A stretch of 64,000 nucleotides of DNA, from the IMG/VR virus record IMGVR_UViG_3300030673_000007; one strand, written 5' to 3'. Made by a program: the position numbers and the translations under genes. The first letter of the stretch is position 1, and each line of letters begins with the position of its first letter. The notes beneath the pieces are model-generated. The model worked only from the letters and a program-made list of their open reading frames with translations, was not told the origin of the DNA and ran no database searches. Shown here piece after piece: positions 26,436 through 36,062 of this stretch. The stretch is from an uncultured virus (IMG/VR IMGVR_UViG_3300030673_000007). Its lineage: Duplodnaviria > Heunggongvirae > Uroviricota > Caudoviricetes.

Positions 26436-27701
26436 CTAGATGTCGATCCTGTTGCCTGCCGTTGAGGCCCCGACCAGCTCGTCCAGCTCAGCGCCGTCGA
26501 TGCCATCTTCGTCATCGTCCTCACTCTCTGGTACGCCCAACTTGGCCACGGACGCAAGTGAGGCCACGTTCTCCAGTGCGACCACCTTGGCGAGGTCGAT
26601 CATCGCGGTCCTCCACTCGGTGTGGGCGTCGGCGCTGGAGAAGACCCGAGCCTCCCCGTGGAGGTAGGGGCGCTTGGTCCCGGTGGTCTCCCGGCCCATC
26701 CACTCGGCGGGGATCTCCTCGATCAGGTTGTGGAAGTAGTACCTGCCGTTGGCGTAGATGATCTTCTTGTTGGCCAGCAGGATCTGCATGGCGGTCCAGA
26801 AGTCGTCGAAGCCCCTGCCGAAGCGGACCCGCACGATGCACTCCCGGAACGGCGGAGCGACCTTGTTCTTGACCACCTTGACCTTGACGTCGGTGGCCAC
26901 CGGGATCTCGATCTCCTGCTTGGTGAGGGCGTCGATCATCTTGCCCTTGACGTTGCGGATCTGGCGGAACTGGAGCCGGACGCTGGCGAAGAACTTCAGC
27001 GCCTTGCCCCCCGGGGTGGAGGTGGGGGCGGGCATCCCGGGCCGACGGTTGCCACCCATCTCCATGGTCTCGATCTCGTGGTTGATGAAGATGACCGTGC
27101 CGTTGTTGTTCTTCAGCACGGCGTTCAGGTTGGTGCCGAACACCTTCATCAGCTTGGCCTGCACCGCCGGGAGGGACTTGCCCACCGAGTCGGCCTCAGC
27201 CTGCGCGGAGGGGGTCATGGCCGCGACGGAGTCGACGATGGCCAGCCGGACCTCACCGGTCTTGAACGCCTCCATCAGGAAGTCCGCGCCCTCCTCCAGC
27301 ATGTCGGGCTGGCCGAAGAGGAAGGACTTGTGGCTGGTGTCGAGCCCCAGCGCATGGGCGTACCCGGCGTCGAAGGCCTGCTCGTAGTCGAGGTAGATGA
27401 TCGAGTCGTCCGGGCCGATCCCACGGGAGGGGTCTCCGCCGCTCAGGATGACCCGCTGCATCTCCACAGCGGTCTGGATGCCCAGTGTTGTCTTGCCCGA
27501 GCTGGGAGGCCCGTAGAACTCCACCGTGCGCCCCATGGGGACGCCGCCACCGATGGCGTGGTTGATGGCGATGTTCCCGGTGGAGATGAACACGGTGTCC
27601 GTGGCGATGGAGTCCAGCGTGCCCACCGCGAGGTTGTACTTCTTCTCGGACTGGGCCAGCAGGAGGGCGAGGCCGGAGACCTTCGGTTTTGCGACAGCCA
27701 T
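26436..27701 (-). CDS. recA: RecA-like recombinase
   Basis: ISTG, GGGVPMGR, YGPPSSGKT, IVDSVAA, IFINH, PGGKALKFFASVRL, KNKVAPPF. Confidence 0.95.
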   Translation of the reverse strand: MAVAKPKVSGLALLLAQSEKKYNLAVGTLDSIATDTVFISTGNIAINHAIGGGVPMGRTVEFYGPPSSGKTTLGIQTAVEMQRVILSGGDPSRGIGPDDSIIYLDYEQAFDAGYAHALGLDTSHKSFLFGQPDMLEEGADFLMEAFKTGEVRLAIVDSVAAMTPSAQAEADSVGKSLPAVQAKLMKVFGTNLNAVLKNNNGTVIFINHEIETMEMGGNRRPGMPAPTSTPGGKALKFFASVRLQFRQIRNVKGKMIDALTKQEIEIPVATDVKVKVVKNKVAPPFRECIVRVRFGRGFDDFWTAMQILLANKKIIYANGRYYFHNLIEEIPAEWMGRETTGTKRPYLHGEARVFSSADAHTEWRTAMIDLAKVVALENVASLASVAKLGVPESEDDDEDGIDGAELDELVGASTAGNRIDI

Positions 27702-27710
27702 GAATCCTTC

Positions 27711-28310
27711 TCAGAGTGAGGCGGTGGAGACGCCGGGCATTCCCGACAGCTCCTCGAATGTGAACCGGCTACAGAACTCAGCCATCAGGAATGCGGAGAT
27801 GTAGTCGGTCATCGACTTCTCCAAGACGTTGGTGTTCTTCTTGAGGACCTTCTTGCCTTCCGGCAATCCGGAGACGTATTCGGAAACAAGATCCGGGGGT
27901 GTGTAGCCCAGCCTTTCAGCGTGGATTCTTGCCGTCTCGATTCGCTCTTTGTCGGAGGCGGATTTCGTCAGGCCCTTGGTGGTCGCTACCTGAATGCCCG
28001 GGTAGTCCTTCATCCACACGGAGGGACCCATGAACAGGGTCTTGCTCACGCTCTGGGTGACCGACAGGTAGGACAGCAGGGCTCCCTGCAACCGCAGCAC
28101 GGGCTTGATCATCATCTGGTTGGAGATGCCGTAGGGCACGTCCTCCACGACCACGATGTCAGCTTCGTCGGCGGCGTACGCGATCTCCCGGAGGAAGCGC
28201 AGTGGGGGCTTGTCCCGGGAGTCGAACTGGGCGGTGACCCCACCACCAGCCCCCCGCAGGATCACTGCGGAGAGCTTGGCGGCGAGATCCACCGAGAGGA
28301 TCAGGCTCAC
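27711..28310 (-). CDS. RuvC-like Holliday junction resolvase
   Basis: N-terminal ILSVDL, VVVED, late D; located beside recA. Confidence 0.6.
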   Translation of the reverse strand: MSLILSVDLAAKLSAVILRGAGGGVTAQFDSRDKPPLRFLREIAYAADEADIVVVEDVPYGISNQMMIKPVLRLQGALLSYLSVTQSVSKTLFMGPSVWMKDYPGIQVATTKGLTKSASDKERIETARIHAERLGYTPPDLVSEYVSGLPEGKKVLKKNTNVLEKSMTDYISAFLMAEFCSRFTFEELSGMPGVSTASL

Positions 28311-29431
28311 ACCAGACCAGCGAGCAGGTCGTCGAAGTTGTCGACGGCGGGCTCGGCAGCAGCCTTGGCAGGGGCCTTGGTTGCAGCCTTGGCGGGGGCC
28401 TTCTTGACCGGCTCTGCCACCTTGGTCTCCTCCAGCCCCGCAAGGAGGTCGTCGGAGGTTTCCTCGGTGGCTTCCTCAGCCAGCTCCTCAGCGGGCTCTT
28501 CGACCGGCTCCTCAGCCGGGTCGTCGCCGATGCCTGCGAGCAGGTCGTCGGTCAGCACGTCGGGCAGCTCATCGAGCATCTCCCCCGTGTCGAGGTTGAC
28601 CTCGTCGTCGCTGATGCCAACGCCGCCGATGCCATCCAGCAGGCCGTTGAGGTCGTCTTCCAGACCCTCGGTGGATGCAGCCTGAGCAGCCACACCCTTG
28701 ACCTGATTCCACGCCTCCATGACGGCGGCGATGTCCTGCTGGACCCACTGGAGCTGCTTCGGCGAACCGCAGGCGATGGTCAGATCGGGGATCTGGTTCT
28801 CGCGGAAGGAGAGCGCCGTCATGGTCTGACGCTCCTTGTCGCCCAGCCACTCGGCGTTCGCCGCGACGGCGATGTCGAACTGCTGGAAGTTCTCGCTGGA
28901 GCACGGGCCGAGGAGCAGGTCGTGCTTGCGCAGGTCGGTCCACTCCTTCTTGGCGTCGATCAGCTTGTTGAACACCTTGTCGGCGAAGCCCCACACGAGG
29001 ACCTCGACCGAGTACGGCGTCTGGAGCGTGGTGGTCCCGGCCTTGGTGCGGTAGCGGATCACGTGCATGGCGTAGCGGCGCTGCGGCTCCTGCGCGTAGT
29101 CGGGGAAGTCCTTGGCCAGCTTGCACATCGGGCAGTTCTTGGGGTCGCTGCCCTTCTCGCCGAGGATGGTGGCGTCGCCCATGCAGATCGCCTTGGTGAT
29201 GAAGTCGGTCTTGTAGTCCTCGAACGTGGACTTGTCCTTGCGCTCCTTGGTCTCCATCTGCACGACGCCGTTGATGATCTGCGGCTTGCGGAGGGTGTGG
29301 ACGAACTCCATGACGGGGTTCTCCAGACCAACGAGGATGCGGGCGCGCTCCCCGTTCTTGAGCTTGAGCTTCGGGTAGTCGTAGTTCGTGACTGCAACCC
29401 TGTTCTCTTCCTCGAATGTGACTCTGGGCAT
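28307..29431 (-). CDS. Single-stranded DNA-binding protein (T4 gp32-like)
   Basis: KLKNGERARI, H..C..CPMC, acidic tail ending DNFDDLLAGLV. Confidence 0.7.
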   Translation of the reverse strand: MPRVTFEEENRVAVTNYDYPKLKLKNGERARILVGLENPVMEFVHTLRKPQIINGVVQMETKERKDKSTFEDYKTDFITKAICMGDATILGEKGSDPKNCPMCKLAKDFPDYAQEPQRRYAMHVIRYRTKAGTTTLQTPYSVEVLVWGFADKVFNKLIDAKKEWTDLRKHDLLLGPCSSENFQQFDIAVAANAEWLGDKERQTMTALSFRENQIPDLTIACGSPKQLQWVQQDIAAVMEAWNQVKGVAAQAASTEGLEDDLNGLLDGIGGVGISDDEVNLDTGEMLDELPDVLTDDLLAGIGDDPAEEPVEEPAEELAEEATEETSDDLLAGLEETKVAEPVKKAPAKAATKAPAKAAAEPAVDNFDDLLAGLV

Positions 29432-29526
29432 CTGTCTCTTTCTTGTTTCCCGGGAGCCGGATAGTTCCGGACTCGTTGGCTTCTAACTAATGGTACGGAT
29501 CAGCACTGACAATCCGCAGAATGACG

Positions 29527-30033
29527 TCACCGTTCCAGCGAGGACTCGAACTGGAGGGCGTGGAGCGAGGCGCGCAGGTCCTTGCGGATGGCGTCCAGCT
29601 GCCAGTGAACCTGTGAAATCACTTCGTGGGCATCATTGGTAACCGATACCAATCTGTCCCTAAGATAAGCCACCCTTCTTTCCTCAAACGAATCCAGCTT
29701 GGCGTCGGCTGCCCGCTCGGCGGCGGAGGAGAACTCGGTCCTCTTCGCCCCCCGGATCTGGGTGGCCTGCATCAGGGCTCGGTCAGCGGTGAAGGCTGCC
29801 TCCTCCTTGGCCCTACGTGCCCGGCCCCGAGCGAGGGTGACCTTGCTCAGCAGCTCGTCGACCCGGTCGGCGCGTGCCCTGACCCGCAGCAGCAGGTCGG
29901 TCATCTCCGCGATGCTCTCCTGCTCAGCACCGCGCAGCCTGCCCTTGGGGTCCCCTGCCTCACCGTGGCGAAGCTCCAGCGTCTCAGTGACCCACGCCAT
30001 GATCTGGGCCTCGAAGTCGGACTCGTTGCTCAT
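29527..30033 (-). CDS. Helical protein, possible UvsY-like recombination mediator
   Basis: Coiled coil between polymerase and SSB; function inferred from position only. Confidence 0.5.
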   Translation of the reverse strand: MSNESDFEAQIMAWVTETLELRHGEAGDPKGRLRGAEQESIAEMTDLLLRVRARADRVDELLSKVTLARGRARRAKEEAAFTADRALMQATQIRGAKRTEFSSAAERAADAKLDSFEERRVAYLRDRLVSVTNDAHEVISQVHWQLDAIRKDLRASLHALQFESSLER

Positions 30034-32639
30034 ACCAGCATCCCTGCCATCACGTCGTCGGCGTCGGCCACGTCGTCAGCGATCACCAGACCGGCCCCTC
30101 CGAGGATGAGGCTGATGGCTGGCTGATCGTCCGGGGAGATCCGGAACGTGCCGTCGAGCGTGACGACACCCTCCGGGGTCTCGACCTTGACCGTGTCCAC
30201 ACCCTGCCGGAAGTCGAGGTAGGTGGTGAACTTCAGCCACTGCTCCTCGTCGGGCATCTCGGAGATGGTCACCGTGGCGGTCTTGGGGGGCAGCAGTGCG
30301 GCGTTGTGCTCCGCGCTGTGGAACCACCCCGGGTCCTCCTCCTCAGGCTCCACAGCGGCAACGTCGGGCTGCTGGGAGGCATCTGCGGGTTCGGGCAGGG
30401 AGAAGTCTGGGTTGCGGGTGGCGTAGTACGGGGCGGAGAAGCCGAAGAAGCCTGCCTCCCACGCGTAGTACTGGTCCAGCACCTCGTGCAGCGTGGAGCC
30501 CTCCCAGTAGTGGGACTCCTTCAGCCACGGCAGCTCCACCTCGATGTCGAAGCTCTTGATCTGCTTGTTCTCGTCGAGCCGGACCTCGGTCTGGGCACCC
30601 CACTGGTAGCCCTCGTGCCAGTCCGCCCGGATCTCCAGCGGGAAGCCGGGCACCGGGAAGTTGACGCAGGGCTCGATCAGGTCGATGACCTGCTGGGTGG
30701 AGACGGACTCGTGGACGAGGAACTCCAGCGCGTCGTGGACGGTCAGGGTCATCCGGACGAGGTCCTCCAGCCCGGCCTCCTTGATGGCCTTCTTGGCACG
30801 GACCATGGCGATCTTGAGGATGTCGGCGGCGGTGCCCTGAATCGGTGCGTTGACCGACATCCGGTCACCCTTGGCCTTGATCCACTCCTTGGGCTGGTAG
30901 TGCTCCCAGATGGTGTAGAGCCGACCGAAGTGGGTGCGGACCTCCTTGGACTCACGACCGTGCGCCTTCTGGCTGGCGATCCAATCGGCCAGCGCTGGGT
31001 ACCCAGCGAAGTAGTCCTCCAGCATCTGCTCGGCGTCCTCCTTGGTCACCGGGTCGGAGGGGCTGGTCAGCATCTCGGCGATGTTCCCTGCACCGGACCC
31101 GAAGAGGGTGGCGAAGTTCAGGGTCTTGGCCGACTGCCGCTGCTTCTTGGTGACATCTTCGAGGCTGACCTTGAAGGTGGCCGAGGCGGTGGACTTGTGG
31201 AGGTCGAGCCCGTTGTTGAAGGCGTCGATGATCTTGCGCTCACCGGACAGGGCCCCGGCGATCCGCATCTCCACGTTGGCGTAGTCGAAGCCGACGATCC
31301 GGAAGTGGTCCGGGGAGATGAACAGGTCCCGGAAGTTGAGGTCGAAGGTGAGCCCGGACAGCAGCTGGAAGTGGTACGGCTTGGGCCACTGCTGGTAGCT
31401 GACCTGATCCACCGAGAGCCGCCCGGTGAGGGCACCGAACTGGTTGTGGTTGGGGAAGACGTAGCCGGTGCCGGAGTAGCCCAGCTCGTTGATGAACTTG
31501 GTCAGGTAGGACCCGTTGAGCTTCACCACCTGCCGGTACTCAAGGATCATCTTGATGATCGGGTCGGACTTGGCAATCACCTTCAGGGCGTCGTCGCTGG
31601 TGCTGGGTGCCCCGGTCTTCTCCGAGCGCACCTTCACTGGCAGGCCGAGGCCGTCGGGCTTCTCGTCGAACAGGACCTTGGCCAGCTGCGGGACCGAGTT
31701 CAGGTTGATGTTGATGGTCTTGTTCAGCCGCTTGCCCAGCTGGTCCTGAATCTCCTCACCCATGAGGGTGGCGAAGCGCAGGGCCTCCTCGGACTTCTTG
31801 CGGACGTTGGGCCAGTGGAAGAACATGTTGCCGGAGGCGACCCCGGTCTCCGGATCGATGACCCCGGCCTCCATCTCCACCAGTCCCGGGAGCAGGGCCA
31901 TCTCGGTCTTGAAGATGAACGTGTCCTTGAGGGCCTCGTAGTGCTTCTCCCAGACCATGAAGGAGGCGACGGAGTCCTCACAGGCGTAGCCCACGATCAC
32001 GGGGCTGTAGGAGTTGCGGGTGTTGAACCGGATGTACGGCTTGCCACCCCGCTTCATGGCCGGGCCGAGGTCGGTGTCAGTGGTGGGGAAGAGGTCGTCG
32101 AAGTGGGTCATCTCCATGCCGAACGCGGCCTTGGCCACCGACTTCAGGTCCTTGCCGACGCGGAGCGGGTCGTAGCAGGCGGCGAGCCAGACCAGCAGCA
32201 TCGTGTCAGCGAGGATCGGGAACATGCCCTTGGTGCGTCGGATCTCTTCGCCCAGCTCGTCGTCGTTCCACAACGTTTCACGAAACCACCGGGACATGCC
32301 CTTGAGTTCGTAGGCTGCGTTGTGGGCGATCCCCTGCCCGGAGCTGAGCAGCCGCCACAAGGCGCGGGCCACCGGGACGATGTCGTCGATGTTGCCGCCG
32401 CTGTCGTGGGCGAAGGGGATGTAGCGGGCCCACTCGGTGGAGACCGTGAAGGAGATGCCGACCACGAGGTAGTCGGGGTGGTACTGCTGGAGGGAGACAC
32501 CCTTCTTGTCGTCCCCGGTGTAGCCCGCCTCGATGTCGAAGTCGAAGGGCTTACCGCTGGCTGTGATCCGGTCGATGAAGGAGACCGCACCCTTGGACCC
32601 GTAGGCCTCCCGGAGGGCTCCGTAGTTGCGAGTGGTCAC
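30030..32639 (-). CDS. polA: Family A DNA polymerase with 3'-5' exonuclease domain
   Basis: DFDIE, AHNAAYE, YACED; TGRLS; motif A DYANVEMRI; motif B RQSAKTLNF; NAPIQGTAAD; motif C VHD. Confidence 0.95.
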   Translation of the reverse strand: MTTRNYGALREAYGSKGAVSFIDRITASGKPFDFDIEAGYTGDDKKGVSLQQYHPDYLVVGISFTVSTEWARYIPFAHDSGGNIDDIVPVARALWRLLSSGQGIAHNAAYELKGMSRWFRETLWNDDELGEEIRRTKGMFPILADTMLLVWLAACYDPLRVGKDLKSVAKAAFGMEMTHFDDLFPTTDTDLGPAMKRGGKPYIRFNTRNSYSPVIVGYACEDSVASFMVWEKHYEALKDTFIFKTEMALLPGLVEMEAGVIDPETGVASGNMFFHWPNVRKKSEEALRFATLMGEEIQDQLGKRLNKTININLNSVPQLAKVLFDEKPDGLGLPVKVRSEKTGAPSTSDDALKVIAKSDPIIKMILEYRQVVKLNGSYLTKFINELGYSGTGYVFPNHNQFGALTGRLSVDQVSYQQWPKPYHFQLLSGLTFDLNFRDLFISPDHFRIVGFDYANVEMRIAGALSGERKIIDAFNNGLDLHKSTASATFKVSLEDVTKKQRQSAKTLNFATLFGSGAGNIAEMLTSPSDPVTKEDAEQMLEDYFAGYPALADWIASQKAHGRESKEVRTHFGRLYTIWEHYQPKEWIKAKGDRMSVNAPIQGTAADILKIAMVRAKKAIKEAGLEDLVRMTLTVHDALEFLVHESVSTQQVIDLIEPCVNFPVPGFPLEIRADWHEGYQWGAQTEVRLDENKQIKSFDIEVELPWLKESHYWEGSTLHEVLDQYYAWEAGFFGFSAPYYATRNPDFSLPEPADASQQPDVAAVEPEEEDPGWFHSAEHNAALLPPKTATVTISEMPDEEQWLKFTTYLDFRQGVDTVKVETPEGVVTLDGTFRISPDDQPAISLILGGAGLVIADDVADADDVMAGMLV

Positions 32640-32827
32640 TTGGTCGGCGGGAAGGTGTAGGTGTTCTGGGTCAGGGGAGCCTGCGGGACCTCAGCTGAGC
32701 CCGCACTCTTCATGGCTGCCTTGACACCTGCTCCTGCCACCGCGATGGCGAACGACAGCGGCACGGCCAGCGCTACGAGAGCGATGCCTGCCTGCGCCAG
32801 CAGGATCCAGTACGTTGCCCAGTCCAT
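32636..32827 (-). CDS. Small membrane protein
   Basis: Hydrophobic N-terminus, AAGGAG RBS. Confidence 0.65.
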   Translation of the reverse strand: MDWATYWILLAQAGIALVALAVPLSFAIAVAGAGVKAAMKSAGSAEVPQAPLTQNTYTFPPTK

Positions 32828-32872
32828 GTCAGTTCTCCTTGATCTGCGGGGTGCTCCACTTACTGGTACGCC

Positions 32873-33907
32873 TCACCAGAACGCCACGACAACTTCGAGC
32901 AGACCCGTTGTCTGCCCGGAGCGGTAGGCCTCGTCGACCACGGCCAGCGTCCTGCGGATCGCGAGCCTGCGCTTGGCGTTGTAGTGCTTGGAGACGTTCA
33001 TCAGCTCGGTGAGCAGGAACGCCTGCGGACCCAGAGCCTTGGCCATGTCGCCGGGTGACTTGTGGTCCACCTGCATGTCATGGATCATCCCAGCCTTGTC
33101 GAGCTTCGCGTCCAGCAGGCCGATGATGCGCCCGACCTCCTCGCGAGGGATCGACTCGGCGGCGAGCAGTGCGGTCTTGCGGTCCAGCGCCAGCAGGGCG
33201 TCGGTGAAGCTGTCCCGGGGCTGCTCGGCCAGCAGGGTGTTGACCACTGAGATGGTGATCTCACCGGGGAACACGGCGAGCTTCAGGCAGATGTCGCGGA
33301 CCAGCCGCAGGTTCCAGTTCGAGCGGGTGAGCAGGTGCCGGGCGATGCCGTCCCGCATGGGGGCCTTCGACTGGACCCACTCCACGGAGCGCAGCGCGGT
33401 GGCCGAGGTGAACGGCTTGCACTCCACCACGTGGCCCTTGGATCCGATACAGGCTATGTGCGGGAGGGGCTCCGGGCGGGTACCGTGTCTGCGCTCCTCC
33501 GGGGTGGGCTCGGTCTTCGGAACAGCCGCCTCGGAGGAGACCATGACCACGTAGGTCCGGGGGTTGCGCGAGCGGTCCTTGACCCACTGCACGAAGCGGT
33601 CCCACTCATGGATCTTCTCGACGTGCCGGACGATCACCAGCCGGGGTGAGGTGTCCATCGGGTGCTGGTCCAGCGCGGCCCAGATGTCCCGCTCAGAATC
33701 ATCTCCGGCCACGAGGCTGACCCGGTTCCACGGCTCGGGGGCGAGGAACTCCGAGACGCTCCGGACGACCTCCTCCACAAGCACGACCTCCGGCCCGCAC
33801 ACCCACGTGATCTGCCGGGGCTCAGGGGTCTTCTTGGTCCCGGTCAGCCAGCCACTGAAGGTGGCGATGTCAGACCTCCCTCTTCTTACGAGGACGACGC
33901 TTAGCAT
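32873..33907 (-). CDS. DNA polymerase III delta (HolA)-like clamp-loader subunit
   Basis: WVCGPEVVLVEE, RLVIVRHVE, NLRLVRDICLKL, FTDALL; start uncertain. Confidence 0.7.
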   Translation of the reverse strand: MLSVVLVRRGRSDIATFSGWLTGTKKTPEPRQITWVCGPEVVLVEEVVRSVSEFLAPEPWNRVSLVAGDDSERDIWAALDQHPMDTSPRLVIVRHVEKIHEWDRFVQWVKDRSRNPRTYVVMVSSEAAVPKTEPTPEERRHGTRPEPLPHIACIGSKGHVVECKPFTSATALRSVEWVQSKAPMRDGIARHLLTRSNWNLRLVRDICLKLAVFPGEITISVVNTLLAEQPRDSFTDALLALDRKTALLAAESIPREEVGRIIGLLDAKLDKAGMIHDMQVDHKSPGDMAKALGPQAFLLTELMNVSKHYNAKRRLAIRRTLAVVDEAYRSGQTTGLLEVVVAFW

Positions 33908-34337
33908 CGTTGATCCTCTGACACCCCAAGCAGTACGGAGCGCCGGTCGACTTGATCCGCTCGAACTCAGCGCGAAGGTGGAGACCTCTCTTGCACATCT
34001 CTGTCCGGTGGACGTCGTGCATCCGCTGGCGGTTGACCTTCAGGGTCACGAGTTCAAGATGACCTTCCCTGACGCAGTCCCGCTGCAAGCAGAGGTGGTC
34101 AATCTCGTCCTCGCGACCCACCACGGCGCTGCGGATGTGCTGCTCTCCGTGAAGCAGTCCGTAGGAGTACCGGTGGGCCTTCACAGCACGCGGGCCGGAG
34201 TTGTCATCGCGCTGGAGATCGAACACCCCGTACCCATTCACCTTCCTGCCGGTCCAGATCACGCAGGGAGTGATGTACCCCCGGTCTTCATCAAGGGTCT
34301 TGGCGAAGAAGCGCCGGATTTCCTGTGTAGGTCTCAT
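33870..34337 (-). CDS. HNH homing endonuclease
   Basis: CVIWTG..NGYG, AHRYSY, DHLC...CV..HLELVT..N, CKRGLH. Confidence 0.85.
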   Translation of the reverse strand: MRPTQEIRRFFAKTLDEDRGYITPCVIWTGRKVNGYGVFDLQRDDNSGPRAVKAHRYSYGLLHGEQHIRSAVVGREDEIDHLCLQRDCVREGHLELVTLKVNRQRMHDVHRTEMCKRGLHLRAEFERIKSTGAPYCLGCQRINDAKRRPRKKREV

Positions 34338-34627
34338 CAGGCGTGCGGCAGGACCCGGACGCACTGGGCGCAGGCCACACCGCTCACCGGCAGCATCGGG
34401 TTGTCGGAGAACTGGACCTTGGAGACCCAGTCCTGCCGCTTGACGATGTGGTCGAAGTTGATCGTGCACACCCCGCCGTAGACAGCCTGAAAGCGGCGTC
34501 CGATCAGCTCGAACTCCTGCACATCAGCGTTTCCGAAAACAGCCACGGGTTCCTCCTTGATGCCCTGACAGTGGGCGCACGAATACTTCGGCATGTCGGT
34601 CTTCTCGCACAGCTCTTCGCTCACCAC
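34337..34627 (-). CDS. Cys-rich zinc-binding protein
   Basis: C....CAHC...C...CAQC. Confidence 0.65.
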   Translation of the reverse strand: MVSEELCEKTDMPKYSCAHCQGIKEEPVAVFGNADVQEFELIGRRFQAVYGGVCTINFDHIVKRQDWVSKVQFSDNPMLPVSGVACAQCVRVLPHA

Positions 34628-35397
34628 TCGCTCCTCAGCACGCCCATCAAGCTGGAGCGTACGACCAGCCTCGGACGTATCCCGGGGCCTAGCGCGATCA
34701 GGATCCGCAGGGGCAGCTTCCTGCCGATGCCCTCGATCTCCTCAGAGTTGAAGATCCGGTAGCGCCCGGAGATGGCCTCGGTGCATAGCGTCACCATGAG
34801 TTCGGAGTGCTCGTCGCTCCACTTCACGGCGAGGTCGTCCAGAGTGTCGGGGTCCCTCTCGGTGATCGCACGCAGGGCCGACAGCACGACCTGCTTGGTG
34901 TCGACCGTATCGCCTCGATTGAGGGCGTTGCGCATCTGCCCCCCGGCAGCCAGTGCCAGCCTCTTGGCCTCGACCGCGCTGAAGTTCCGGTTCAGCAGGA
35001 TCTCCTCCACAGCCGCGTCGGTGAGCAGCGGGAAGCGGTAGACGGTGCACCGCGAGGTGATCGTCTCAGGGGGCAGCTCAGTGTCGATCAGGATGAACTT
35101 GGTGGCCGTGGTCGAGCACTCCTCCAGCGTCTTCAGCAGCACGTTCTGGGCTGCCTCCGTGGACCGGGTGAGCCGGGCGATGACCAGCCGGGGGGAGGAG
35201 AAGTTGGACAGCACGGTGAGGTCCCGGGCGGCGTCCATGGTGAGGGCCCGGACCCGGATGACGCCGAAGGAGTTGTAGAAGTGGCGACCGAGGGCTTCAG
35301 CGATGGTCCACTTGCCGACCGACGCAGGCCCGACGAAGAGCGAGATCGGCGGCAGGTCATCGAACATGCCCAGCACCGTGACGGGCATCTTGATCAT
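34621..35397 (-). CDS. DNA polymerase III delta-prime (HolB)-like AAA+ subunit
   Basis: LFVGPASVGK, AAQNVLLKTLEE, TITSRC (SRC motif). Confidence 0.85.
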   Translation of the reverse strand: MIKMPVTVLGMFDDLPPISLFVGPASVGKWTIAEALGRHFYNSFGVIRVRALTMDAARDLTVLSNFSSPRLVIARLTRSTEAAQNVLLKTLEECSTTATKFILIDTELPPETITSRCTVYRFPLLTDAAVEEILLNRNFSAVEAKRLALAAGGQMRNALNRGDTVDTKQVVLSALRAITERDPDTLDDLAVKWSDEHSELMVTLCTEAISGRYRIFNSEEIEGIGRKLPLRILIALGPGIRPRLVVRSSLMGVLRSEW

Positions 35398-36062
35398 GAC
35401 TCGAAGACCTCATGGATCTCGGCGCGCAGGGCCTTCAGCCGGTTCCGGATCGTGGTCTCGGAGACCTCGAAGTACTGGGACAGGATTTCAACGTTGGGGC
35501 TGCCGTAGGTGACCGAGTGCTCCAAGGTCATGTTGAACAGGTCCAGCATCTCGCAGCGGCCCCGGGGGTCGGAGAGGGTGGCAAGGTGGTCCTGCACGGT
35601 GAGGACGGCATCCTCGATCATCAGCTGATCGTAGGTGTCGACGTGGGTCTCCCCGTAGTAGTCCATCCACGTGTTGTCGTCACCGGCTGGTGCGTCGAGC
35701 GAGATGGCCTCGCGAGCCTTGGTGATGATCTGGCGGTCCCGGTGGTGCCGGACGTAGATCTTGACGAAGCCGGACAGGAAGGTCCGGAACATGGCCTTGC
35801 GGGTGACCCCACCATGGGTGGAGGTGAACTCGGGGTTGAAGTCGGCCAGCACGTCGTGGGCGAAGAACTTCTCAAGGATGGACATGGTCACGTCCGCACA
35901 GCTCTGGGAGTCGATGCCGGACTTGAAGACGATGCCCCGGACGTAAGGGTAGTAGTGGTCGAACAGCTCGGTGTAGTTGGCTGGGACGAAGTCCGGATAC
36001 CTCGACGATGAGGGCCTTCCGGCCTGCGTGATGGTGCGGGGGGAAACGGTAAGACTGGGCAC
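35394..36062 (-). CDS. ECF-type sigma-70 factor
   Basis: Region 2-like ELFDHYYPYVRGIV..ADVT..FRTFL; region 4 HTH ILSQYFEVSETTIRNRL; GGAGG RBS before GTG at 36062 (alternative TTG at 36119). Confidence 0.7.
   Translation of the reverse strand: MPSLTVSPRTITQAGRPSSSRYPDFVPANYTELFDHYYPYVRGIVFKSGIDSQSCADVTMSILEKFFAHDVLADFNPEFTSTHGGVTRKAMFRTFLSGFVKIYVRHHRDRQIITKAREAISLDAPAGDDNTWMDYYGETHVDTYDQLMIEDAVLTVQDHLATLSDPRGRCEMLDLFNMTLEHSVTYGSPNVEILSQYFEVSETTIRNRLKALRAEIHEVFES

Noticed and set aside
30700..31140. Polymerase motif variants (NFATLFG for NFGxxYG, VHDAL for VHDEL) as signs of inactivation or modified-base use
   Set aside because: The catalytic Asp residues of motifs A and C and the motif B Arg/Lys are intact, and no base-modification pathway genes are visible.
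30306..32660. 784-aa plus-strand ORF and other long plus-strand ORFs (e.g. 37645-39123, 25233-26381, 52166-53545)
   Set aside because: Antisense shadows of well-supported minus-strand genes, caused by high GC3; no RBS or recognisable motifs.
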